From the NCBI GenBank assembly GCA_050950825.1, contig JBMNIH010000002.1, positions 352,001 to 416,000 of the forward strand: a DNA stretch of 64,000 nucleotides, in the 5' to 3' direction. Under the pieces are notes generated by a model. It saw nothing but the letters and a program-made list of their open reading frames with translations. It did not search any database and had not been told where the DNA came from. The stretch comes from Clostridia bacterium (GTDB taxonomy: Bacteria > Bacillota > Clostridia > JAAYHZ01). The position numbers and the translations under genes were made by a program. Position 1 is the stretch's first letter, and each line of letters starts with the position of its first letter. Below are positions 52,715 through 61,475 of the stretch, piece after piece.

Positions 52715-52787
52715 TCGTCGCTCCTCCCCGTAAGGTTTAATGTTCCTAAGACAAGATATGCACGGTCGGGACAAATATGCGAAAACT

Positions 52788-53801
52788 TTATTTCTTTTCT
52801 TTGCTTCTTCGATAATAAATCAGGAATACGGATATGAACAGCATGAAGCAGGCGGCAAAAAACAAAATGGCGGACCGGTCCGATATAAGGTAGGTCTTCT
52901 CCATGTCTTCGGATATTTGCCGAATCTTTTGGGCTTGCTTCGCTTCTTTCTTGGTCATATTCAATGTAAATTGCCGTTGTACCGTGTCCTTTTTTTGACT
53001 CCCGTAGCTTACCGTAAGCAGGAGTTTATAGCTTTCTTCTTTGTATAAGCGATCCGGAACAAGAAAATCGGTTTGAAAAGCATTCTTCGGATAGACAATG
53101 TCCAAGGCTTTGGTTTCTTTATGGACCGGACGATTTTCCATATCGAATATTTCTATGGACACTTCCGGGTAATCGAAGGTATTTCCCGTATTTTCAATTT
53201 CAAAGGACAGTACCAAATCCCGATCCTTCACCCATTTTTTCTCGAAGGATTCTTTCAATTGAAAGAAAGAACAAAAGTCCGCATCCCCTTCGACTCGAAT
53301 CAAGACGGCACAGGATAAGGCATAAACTCGATTCATTTGAAAACGTATTCCTTTTTTTGCCTCTTCTCCCGGGGTTCCTTCCTCCTCGTCGCTTCTTAAA
53401 TACAGCACGGCGATATGGTCTCCGGGCATTGCATCATCGGGAACCCTGCCTTCCAATTCAATGATTTTTTCTTCGCCCGGTAAAAGAGCAATTCTTTCTT
53501 CGGAAAACCGAATCCATCCTCCTGCAGCCTCGCGGGTAGCTTCCTTAGGGGTTAGAATTTTGGTACCGCCGTTATCCGCCGTATACCCGTCGCTTATGAA
53601 CAAGGTATTTTCCTTGACCTCCGTTCCCCTGTTCGTCAACACAACGGAAAACCGAAAGGATTCTCCCGGCTTGCACTCGATATCCACGTAGCTTTTGTCG
53701 GAATCTTGTATTTGAAAATGAAACAAATAGGGCTCGAAGGCTCTTGCTTTCAGCGGTAAACAAAGAAAAACGAGAAACAATAAAAACGATACTTTTTTCA
53801 T
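52788..53801 (-). CDS. DUF916-like (WxL-interacting) surface protein with C-terminal TM anchor
   Basis: Signal peptide; DGYTADNGG, VPDDAMPGDH, IENTGN; C-terminal TM plus basic tail. Confidence 0.75.
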   Translation of the reverse strand: MKKVSFLLFLVFLCLPLKARAFEPYLFHFQIQDSDKSYVDIECKPGESFRFSVVLTNRGTEVKENTLFISDGYTADNGGTKILTPKEATREAAGGWIRFSEERIALLPGEEKIIELEGRVPDDAMPGDHIAVLYLRSDEEEGTPGEEAKKGIRFQMNRVYALSCAVLIRVEGDADFCSFFQLKESFEKKWVKDRDLVLSFEIENTGNTFDYPEVSIEIFDMENRPVHKETKALDIVYPKNAFQTDFLVPDRLYKEESYKLLLTVSYGSQKKDTVQRQFTLNMTKKEAKQAQKIRQISEDMEKTYLISDRSAILFFAACFMLFISVFLIYYRRSKEKK

Positions 53802-53900
53802 GGAATCATATCCTTGTCTTTTGTGGTATATATAAAGCACCCCGAAATGTATCAAACAAATCGGGGCATGCATTTTCTATTTCCTTCCGGCTTCATGCCG

Positions 53901-54634
53901 CTATTCCAACACGGGATTTCCGGACACGCTGTACGTGATGGTTGTCCGATACGTTGCGGCAAAAATCTGATACTTTTGCGATTGGTTATTTACCATCACC
54001 GGAGTATTCAAAAGGAAATGCTCCTTTCAGCATCGTTGCTTCTGATCAATGTACCATTCGGCAGCCATTCCGACACGGTGATATCGCACTGCAGGTAAAA
54101 ATCGAATTCACCGGCGCCGTAGCCCGGATTTACCCGCAGCAAATCGAAGGTGCCGCTGTCGGTAATGAAGTTGTTGACGACATAGTTTCCCGAGGATACG
54201 GGGGTGCCGTAAGAAGACACGGGAGTCAAGAGAGTCCCGCCTTGTCCTAATTCGTTTAAAAGCTCGGCATCGTCAAACAAGCGAAAGGACATCCATTCTT
54301 CTACATTGACGAAAACATCCAATTCGGCACCATAACAGGTTGGATCTGCTATGGGAGTACTGTTTTTAAAATTCGACAAATCCACTCGAACCTTCCATCC
54401 TTCGTTTTTTCCGGACAAGTCCGTAACGGTGATGCGGTCCGTCTTTTGAAAGGTCGCCGTACCGCCTAACGCGATGGTCCACCGGTCTTGAGTCGGATTG
54501 ATTTGATCTTCGTGTTCAATCGAGATACTTAAAGACCCTCCGTCGATGGAGAATTCTTCGATTGTTCCGCTTTGGGCGTAAACATTGTAAGAGAATAGCA
54601 GCATGAAAATAACGGCAAACGATAGTTTTCTCAT
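53901..54634 (-). pseudogene. WxL-domain-like secreted protein, split by a -1 frame change (54008-54634 plus 53901-54011)
   Basis: GGSLSI, ITVTDLSG..GWKVRV, PGYGAG; the WxL-like terminal strand TYRTTITYSVSGNP is in the -1 frame. Confidence 0.65.
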
Positions 54635-55083
54635 TCGAGTATTCCTCCTTGGTAAATTATATTGCTTTTGTCTGTCGTTCCTTTCATTTAACCCATGTTG
54701 AGAAGGCCGGTTTTAATGTTTTATCTTTTGTATAAGAACGTCCCTACCCTCCTTCCTCCTCTTGCACATAACCGGTTTATGGTCAGGCCTTATTTACACA
54801 AACCGAAATATTGCAAGGTTACTCTTTTGTAAAAATCAATAGACTAACGGTATTATAACCGGAAAGTTTACAGTTGTTCAATAACACTGTAATCCATTTC
54901 CATGCCGTTTTCATATAAAATTCACGGAATATCCTATATATTCACTCATAATTGGCAGTTAACTGCAAAAAACTGCCGATTCCCCTCTAATATCTTCGTT
55001 TTGCAATACTTACCTATGCATTTCATACATCTTGCCTTCTCAAAATATTCTCAATTTTTTCTAAAAAAATTCATATTATGATG

Positions 55084-55138
55084 TTGACAGTTTCCTCTCC
55101 GCTACATATAATAACATATGTACAGTTATTCATATGTT
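55084..55138 (+). promoter_or_regulatory. Sigma-A promoter plus ArsR/SmtB operator
   Basis: TTGACA-17-TATAAT then palindrome AACATATG-N10-CATATGTT. Confidence 0.88.
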
Positions 55139-55166
55139 CAAAGGTTAAAAAGAAGAGGTGTGAATC

Positions 55167-55535
55167 ATGGCGGATTTTGCAGACCGATGCGATTGTACGG
55201 TCATTCACGAAGATGTAGTGGAAAGAGTAAAAGAGGTTATGCCCGAGGAAGAGAACCTGTACGATTTGGCCGAGCTTTTTAAGGTCTTTGGGGATACGAC
55301 TCGGATCAAGCTCTTATGGGCTTTGGACAAGGAGGAAATGTGTGTTTGCGATTTGGCCATTTTATTGAACATGACCCAATCGGCCGTATCTCATCAGCTC
55401 CGCGTGTTAAAGCAAGCACGACTGGTTAAATTCCGTAGAGACGGCAAAAACGTGTATTACTCGCTGGACGACGATCATGTGAAGTTGATGTTCGAGCAGG
55501 GTTTGCTGCATATCAATGAAAAAGAACCGAAATAA
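55167..55535 (+). CDS. cadC: ArsR/SmtB metal-sensing repressor (CadC/ZiaR-like)
   Basis: N-terminal CDC..H, EMCVCDL, SAVSHQLR, alpha5 DDDH...H..E. Confidence 0.85.
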   Translation: MADFADRCDCTVIHEDVVERVKEVMPEEENLYDLAELFKVFGDTTRIKLLWALDKEEMCVCDLAILLNMTQSAVSHQLRVLKQARLVKFRRDGKNVYYSLDDDHVKLMFEQGLLHINEKEPK

Positions 55536-55563
55536 TGATGCGAACACCTGGAAAGGGGAAACT

Positions 55564-57768
55564 ATGACAAGAGGTCAACAGAACTTAACAAAAACAAAAA
55601 AACGCATCGGGGTCAGCTCTTCGAAGGCTACCCTTCCCAATGTAAAAAAGACATATACGGTCACCGGATTGGGCTGCGCTCACTGTGCCGAACGCATGGA
55701 AAGAGAAATCGGCAGATTAGCCGGAGTTAGCGAAGCTCGTTTAGACTTTGTCAACAAAAAACTCACCCTGGTTTTGGACACGGCCGAAGAGCTCGACCAA
55801 TTGAAAAGCAAAGTCCGAGCAATCGTTAAAAGAATCGAATACGGTGCCGATATTGACGATAAAGCTGAATCTCATGATCATGAACATGATCATGAACATG
55901 AACACCATGAAAGTCAAAACATTTGGCTTCTCGTGTCGGGTGCCGTCTTGTTTTTGGCCGCCGTTCTTTTAAGTTTACCTCAATTTCCGAAAATCCTTTT
56001 GTTTGCGGTGAGCTTGGTCCTCATCGGCGGTGAAATTTATGAAAAGGCCGTAAGAAACATTATACGAGGCCGGGTTTTCGACGAGAATTTTCTAATGAGT
56101 ATTGCTTCCATCGGTGCTTTTATCATCGGCGAATACGCCGAAGGCGTCGCCGTCATGCTGTTTTACCAAATCGGCGAATACGTGCAAGCCCGAGCGGTGG
56201 ATAAATCCCGCCGATCCATTGCTTCCTTGATGGATATCAAACCGGAGTATGCCAATCGTAAGGTCGGAAACGAAACCGTGAGGGTTGCTCCGGAGCAAAT
56301 AGCCGTCGGAGATTTGATCGTTGTGAAGCCGGGAGAAAAAATACCCTTAGACGGAACGGTTGTAGAAGGTACCTCCATGCTGGATACGTCGGCTTTAACC
56401 GGAGAATCCTTGCGCCAAGAGGTTTCGGAAGGCCATACCGTTTTTTCCGGATCCATTAACATGAACGGGCTTTTAACCGTGAAGGTAACCAAGCCTTACG
56501 GAGAATCCACCGTTTCCAAAATATTGGACTTGGTGGAGAATGCAAGCTCGAAAAAAGCGCCTACCGAAAACTTCATTACAAAGTTTGCTCGCGTCTACAC
56601 GCCTACCGTGGTAACCGTCGCGGCTCTTATAGCCTTCATCCCCCCTTTGGTTATAAAAGAAGCTCTTTTTTCCCAATGGCTCTACCGTGCCCTTGTTTTT
56701 CTGGTCATATCCTGCCCCTGTGCTTTGGTCATATCCATCCCCTTAGGCTTTTTCGGCGGAATCGGCGGAGCCTCGGCCAACGGAATATTAATAAAAGGAG
56801 GCAACTACTTGGAAGCCTTGAACCAAGTGGATACGGTCGTTTTTGATAAAACCGGCACGTTGACCAAAGGCGTTTTCGAAGTAGATAAAATCGTCACCTT
56901 CGGCAAGCTTTCCAAAGACGAGCTTTTAATGCTTGCCGCATACGCCGAAAGCTTCTCCAATCACCCCATTGCCGCTTCCGTTTTAAAAGCCTACGGTAAG
57001 ACCGTAGATAAAAACCTTATTTCCGACTTTAAAGAAACGGCCGGCTTCGGAATCGAGGCGTCCATTGAGGGAAAAAAGGTGTTGCTGGGTAATGAAAAAT
57101 TAATGAAAAAAGAGAAAATTTCTTTTACGAAGTCCGATGAAGCCGGTACGGTTGTTTACCTTGCCGTAGACGGCCGTTTCGAAGGATACATCGTCATATC
57201 CGACCAAGTAAAAGGCGACAGCAAAATAACCGTTTCCACCTTGAAAAAAAGCGGCGTAAAAAAAACCGTTATGCTCACGGGAGACAAGAAAGAGATCAGC
57301 GAAAGGATTTCGTCGGACCTTGGTATCGACCAAGTGTATGCCGAGCTTTTGCCTCATGAAAAGGTTAAGGTATTGGAAGACTTGAGCAAAAAGATTCCCC
57401 AAGGGAAAAAGCTTCTGTTTGTCGGAGACGGTATCAACGATGCCCCGGTATTGGCAAGAGCGGACATCGGAGTTGCCATGGGCGGATTAGGCTCGGATGC
57501 CGCCATCGAAGCGGCGGACATCGTTCTTATGACCGACGAGCCCTCCAAGCTGATCAGCGCTTTGCAAATCGCAAGCAAAACGCGAAGCATTGTATGGCAA
57601 AACATTATTTTGGCCTTGGGCGTTAAAGCCGTGGTGTTGGTCCTTGGGGCGGGAGGCATAGCCTCCATGTGGGAAGCCGTTTTTGCCGACGTAGGAGTCG
57701 CACTTTTGGCCATATTGAACGCTCTGCGTGTTATGAGAATCCGACCCGGAAAATCCTCCTTCATATAA
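55564..57768 (+). CDS. cadA: Heavy-metal (Zn/Cd/Pb) P1B-type ATPase
   Basis: GLGCAHC HMA domain, His-rich linker, TGES, CPC, DKTGT, GDGINDAP. Confidence 0.95.
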   Translation: MTRGQQNLTKTKKRIGVSSSKATLPNVKKTYTVTGLGCAHCAERMEREIGRLAGVSEARLDFVNKKLTLVLDTAEELDQLKSKVRAIVKRIEYGADIDDKAESHDHEHDHEHEHHESQNIWLLVSGAVLFLAAVLLSLPQFPKILLFAVSLVLIGGEIYEKAVRNIIRGRVFDENFLMSIASIGAFIIGEYAEGVAVMLFYQIGEYVQARAVDKSRRSIASLMDIKPEYANRKVGNETVRVAPEQIAVGDLIVVKPGEKIPLDGTVVEGTSMLDTSALTGESLRQEVSEGHTVFSGSINMNGLLTVKVTKPYGESTVSKILDLVENASSKKAPTENFITKFARVYTPTVVTVAALIAFIPPLVIKEALFSQWLYRALVFLVISCPCALVISIPLGFFGGIGGASANGILIKGGNYLEALNQVDTVVFDKTGTLTKGVFEVDKIVTFGKLSKDELLMLAAYAESFSNHPIAASVLKAYGKTVDKNLISDFKETAGFGIEASIEGKKVLLGNEKLMKKEKISFTKSDEAGTVVYLAVDGRFEGYIVISDQVKGDSKITVSTLKKSGVKKTVMLTGDKKEISERISSDLGIDQVYAELLPHEKVKVLEDLSKKIPQGKKLLFVGDGINDAPVLARADIGVAMGGLGSDAAIEAADIVLMTDEPSKLISALQIASKTRSIVWQNIILALGVKAVVLVLGAGGIASMWEAVFADVGVALLAILNALRVMRIRPGKSSFI

Positions 57769-57782
57769 AAATAAATGCAATG

Positions 57783-57816
57783 AGAAAAGGAGAGCTTTTA
57801 TGCTCTCCTTCTTTTT
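57783..57816. terminator. Terminator between cadA and zinc-ribbon gene
   Basis: aaggagagc-ttttat-gctctcctt. Confidence 0.75.
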
Positions 57817-57841
57817 GCAAATACAATATATAAAGCTTTAA

Positions 57842-58033
57842 TTAGCGTCTGTATCCGCCTCTGGCTCCGGTGCGATTGTCTCTGTTGTTTCTTTGTTGCT
57901 TTCTAGCTCTTCTGCAATCCGGACATCTTAAAGGTTCGTTCGTGAAACCCTTTTCTTTGTAAAATTCTTGTTCTCTTTCGGTGAATACGAAATTTGTTCC
58001 GCAATCCTTACAAGATAAAATTTTGTCTGCCAT
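57842..58033 (-). CDS. Small zinc-ribbon domain protein (zf-trcl-like)
   Basis: DKILSCKDCG..F.FT..EQEFY..KGF.NEP.RCPDCR. Confidence 0.92.
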   Translation of the reverse strand: MADKILSCKDCGTNFVFTEREQEFYKEKGFTNEPLRCPDCRRARKQQRNNRDNRTGARGGYRR

Positions 58034-58205
58034 TTGAAACCTCCATAATTTATCTGGATCTTATTGCCCGAACCACCATCTCCAAATGAATTAAAGAGGT
58101 TGTTTGAGATAATGAATCCATTTTTTCGCGCATAAGCGCGTAAATACATACTAACACGAAAAGATTAAGAATGCAATATGCTGTGAAAAATATTTTTATT
58201 TCCCA

Positions 58206-58742
58206 TTAATTTTTAGGTGGATTTTTCGTAGTTATGGGATTCATAACCATAACCATCGATTTGCCGTCCAAATTCGGCTTCTTTTCAAGAACTCCTACTT
58301 CTTTCAAGGCATCGGCAAATGCATTAAGGACTTCGTACCCGTTTTGGGTAAACTGCATTTCTCTGCCTCGGAATCGAATACTGACCTTTACTTTATCTCC
58401 GTTTTGTAAAAATCGATAAGCGTTTTTCACTTTAAAATCAAAATCATGTTTATCAATTTTTGCCGACAACCTTACTTCTTTTATATTCAGTATTGTTTGC
58501 TTTTTCTTTGACTCTTTTTCTCTTTTTGATTTTTCATATTGATACTTGCCGTAATCCATAATCTTGCATACAGGCGGCACCGAATTGGGTGCTATCTTCA
58601 CAAGATCCAAATTTTTCGACACGGCAATTTCCAGTGCCTTTTTAGGAGACATGACACCTAACATGGTTCCGTCTGCATCAATAACTCGGACTTCCTTATC
58701 TCTGATTTCTTCATTGATCATTCCGGTCTCGTTTTTCTTAAT
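58206..58742 (-). CDS. infC: Translation initiation factor IF-3, ATT start
   Basis: INEEIR, PPVCKIMDYGK, FRGRE; GGAGGTG 6 nt before in-frame ATT at 58742. Confidence 0.93.
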   Translation of the reverse strand: MKKNETGMINEEIRDKEVRVIDADGTMLGVMSPKKALEIAVSKNLDLVKIAPNSVPPVCKIMDYGKYQYEKSKREKESKKKQTILNIKEVRLSAKIDKHDFDFKVKNAYRFLQNGDKVKVSIRFRGREMQFTQNGYEVLNAFADALKEVGVLEKKPNLDGKSMVMVMNPITTKNPPKN

Positions 58743-58784
58743 ACTCAACACCTCCGCTAAGTTATATATTTTCATACCTCTTTC

Positions 58785-58813
58785 ATTATACCGCCTTTTA
58801 CTCCAAGTTTCAA
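58785..58813 (-). promoter_or_regulatory. Sigma-A promoter of infC
   Basis: TTGAAA-17-TATAAT. Confidence 0.7.
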
Positions 58814-58904
58814 TCGGTTCATGCCAATTTTGTACAGAACAACCAAAACGATTGAATTTCATAAAATTTTCAGCCGAAATTCCACTCCTTGATCGGTCGG
58901 CAAT

Positions 58905-58941
58905 AAAAAACGGCAACAAGGTTTTTCCCTTGTCACCGTTT
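58905..58941 (-). terminator. Intrinsic terminator after kamA-like gene
   Basis: aaacggtgacaagg-gaaaaa-ccttgttgccgtttttt. Confidence 0.75.
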
Positions 58942-58972
58942 GATTCATGCACAACGATCGGATAAGACAATA

Positions 58973-60094
58973 CTACTCTTTCGGATTCGGATAATAAAAG
59001 ATTTTCCCTTCAAAATTCCTTAATGTAACGCCTTCCTCCGTCATATCCACGATGTAATCACGGTTTACCGGTGTTTTTCCTCCCCCGCCGGGAGCGTCAA
59101 TCACGTACTCCGGCACCGCAAATCCCGTAATATTTCCCCTTATGCTCTTCAACATTTCCATACCCTTGGAAACCTTGGTACGAAAATGACCGATGCCTTG
59201 GGAGACGTCGCACTGGTACAAATAATACGGTCGGACTCGAATACTTACCAGCTTCAAGAATAAAGCCTTCAAAATTTCAGTATCGTCATTGACACCACGG
59301 AGAAGAACGCTTTGGTTCCCCAACGGGATGCCGGCATCCACGATTTTTCTGCAGGCTTCGGAGGACTCCTTCGTAATCTCCTTCGGATGGTTAAAATGGG
59401 TATTAATCCAAAGGGGATGGTATTTTTTCAGCATATTTAAAAGCTCGTCGGTAATTCTCATGGGCAGAACCACCGGCGTACGGGTTCCGATACGAATGAT
59501 TTCAACGTGAGGTATTTCCCTCACCTTTTTAATAATCCCCTCCAGTCGTGCATCGGGCATAACCAAAGGATCTCCTCCCGACAGCAGCACGTCACGGATG
59601 ACGGTGTTTTTGCGTATGTATTCCAAAGCCGCTTCCAGTCTTTTATCGCTTATGGAATAGTCTTCGCACCCTACCAGTCTTCTTCTCGTACAGTGCCTGC
59701 AGTACATGGAGCACTTATGGGTCAGCACCAAAAGCACCCTGTCCGGGTATCGGTGGACCAGACCCGGTACGGGAGAATATTTCTCTTCGCAAAGAGGGTC
59801 TTCTCGTTCACAAGGGTCGATGATGAGCTCCTTGGCGGAAGGTATCGCTTGTTTTCGGATCGGACAATCCGGATTGCTGTCGTCGATAAGTGCCGCGTAA
59901 TACGGCGTAATGGCCATTTTAAACTTTTGCAGGCATTTTTCAATGTCTTCTTTTTCTTCCTTCTTCAAGTGAACGATTTTGCTTAGTTGCTCCGTATCGG
60001 TAATCCGATTCTTGATTTGCCATTTCCAATCGTTCCAATGCTCAAGGGAATAATCCTTCCATATTTGTGCTTTTTCATTCTCATCCATTATCAT
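58973..60094 (-). CDS. kamA: KamA family radical SAM, lysine 2,3-aminomutase type
   Basis: HRYPDR, CSMYCRHCTRRR, LSGGDPL, NQSVLL, YQCD, DAPGGGGK; ATGA overlap with upstream ligase. Confidence 0.88.
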   Translation of the reverse strand: MIMDENEKAQIWKDYSLEHWNDWKWQIKNRITDTEQLSKIVHLKKEEKEDIEKCLQKFKMAITPYYAALIDDSNPDCPIRKQAIPSAKELIIDPCEREDPLCEEKYSPVPGLVHRYPDRVLLVLTHKCSMYCRHCTRRRLVGCEDYSISDKRLEAALEYIRKNTVIRDVLLSGGDPLVMPDARLEGIIKKVREIPHVEIIRIGTRTPVVLPMRITDELLNMLKKYHPLWINTHFNHPKEITKESSEACRKIVDAGIPLGNQSVLLRGVNDDTEILKALFLKLVSIRVRPYYLYQCDVSQGIGHFRTKVSKGMEMLKSIRGNITGFAVPEYVIDAPGGGGKTPVNRDYIVDMTEEGVTLRNFEGKIFYYPNPKE

Positions 60095-61125
60095 TCGCCT
60101 CGATTCGGGTTCCATGGTTTCATACCATATCTTTCCAATGCACAGTTAAAAACGCTCAGTATCAATTCCTTGTAACTCATTCCGCAGAATTCCGCTATCA
60201 TGGGATAATCGCTGTAGGAAGGAGCCAAACCCGGCAGCGGGTTGATCTCGATAAAATAGATGTCTCCTTGGTCCGACAGACGAAAATCAATCCTCGAAAA
60301 ATCCCTGCAGCTTAAAACCCGGTGAATCTTTAAGGCGGTTTCTTTCATTCTGTTGTTTGTTTCATCGTCCAATAAGGGAGGGCAGATGTATTCCACATAG
60401 TCCTTGTAATGGGTTTTTACATGGAAACTGTAGATACGATTTTCTCGTCCTTCTTTCAAGTAGCGAATTTCCATCGGCTCAAAGGCGCGGGCATTTTCCC
60501 CGTTTCCCAAAACGCCTACGGTGAATTCTCTTCCCGATATGAATTGCTCGATCAGCATGGGCTGACCGTACAGCTTGAAATTTTTATCCAGTACGGCTTT
60601 CAGTTCTTCCGCGTTATCAACCACCGCCGTTTGGCCTATTCCCTTTCCGGAGCCTTCATGGTTCGGTTTCACGATCAAAGGAAAGGTTAACCCCGGACCT
60701 TCTTCGATACTCGGCGATTTCGCCAATCGATAATCCGGGGTTTGTATATGAAACGTAGATAAATAGCGTTTTGTAATCTCTTTATCCAACGCCATAGCCA
60801 AAGTCGTTTCATCGGATCCGGTGTAAGGGATTCCCAAATAGCTTAATATGGCCGGAATATGAGCTTCCCTTCCTCTGCCGTTCGTGCCTTCGGCTATGTT
60901 AAACACGATATCCGGTTTTGCTTCTTTCAGTCTTTCCACAATATCCGCATCCGCTTCAAAAAGCTCCACTTTATAGCCTTCCGAGAGAAATACGTCCCGT
61001 ATTGCGGCTATTGTGTCAAATGAATCGTACTCCGCTTCGATATCGTCTGCTTCGGAGATAACGCCTTTTTTCAGGTTATACGTTATACCGACAGACGGAA
61101 GCGGAGGTTTTGTTTCGTTTTCCAT
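60091..61125 (-). CDS. D-Ala-D-Ala-ligase-like ATP-grasp enzyme (divergent)
   Basis: FNIAEG, PYTGS, LIVKP..EGSGKGI, GREFTVG, RIDFR, FIEINPLPG. Confidence 0.88.
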   Translation of the reverse strand: MENETKPPLPSVGITYNLKKGVISEADDIEAEYDSFDTIAAIRDVFLSEGYKVELFEADADIVERLKEAKPDIVFNIAEGTNGRGREAHIPAILSYLGIPYTGSDETTLAMALDKEITKRYLSTFHIQTPDYRLAKSPSIEEGPGLTFPLIVKPNHEGSGKGIGQTAVVDNAEELKAVLDKNFKLYGQPMLIEQFISGREFTVGVLGNGENARAFEPMEIRYLKEGRENRIYSFHVKTHYKDYVEYICPPLLDDETNNRMKETALKIHRVLSCRDFSRIDFRLSDQGDIYFIEINPLPGLAPSYSDYPMIAEFCGMSYKELILSVFNCALERYGMKPWNPNRGE

Positions 61126-61475
61126 CTATCATCACTCGCCCATCGTAATAAATTAAGGTTTTTTCACCCTTCATCAGCCCATTATAGCACCGGGAATATG
61201 AAAAGAAACAGCGGAAAAAAGCCTAATCCATACGTTTAAACAACTGTATACCGGTTTTAGTAAAGGGCCTTCCTGTCTCGCGGTCTATCTAGTTCACGCC
61301 TATTCTTCGTCAATCTTTTAAAAATGGTACTATATATAGTGGATTTTTCCGGTCTTTGCTTAAAAATTTTTACTTGCTTTGTATTTGTATTTTTTTTTAT
61401 GGTAATTGTACAAATACGGTGTATAATAGTGTTAATATTTATTCTTTCTTCAAAATAAGAAAGGAGTTCATATCC

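Noticed and set aside
53984-54010. prfB-like +1 frameshift or selenocysteine readthrough at TTT TGA
   Set aside because: The +1 frame adds only EYSGDGK, and in-frame readthrough meets another TGA after three codons; only the -1 frame gives a WxL-like end.
54700-55000. c-di-GMP riboswitch upstream of the surface-protein genes
   Set aside because: The GEMM core (GGCAAA..GAAA..GCAAA) could not be found on either strand.
55873-55911. catga(t/a) tandem repeats
   Set aside because: They encode the His-rich metal-binding linker typical of CadA/ZntA.
58743-58970. 76-aa N-terminal extension of IF-3
   Set aside because: It spans the kamA terminator and the infC promoter; SD plus ATT at 58742 fits known infC biology.
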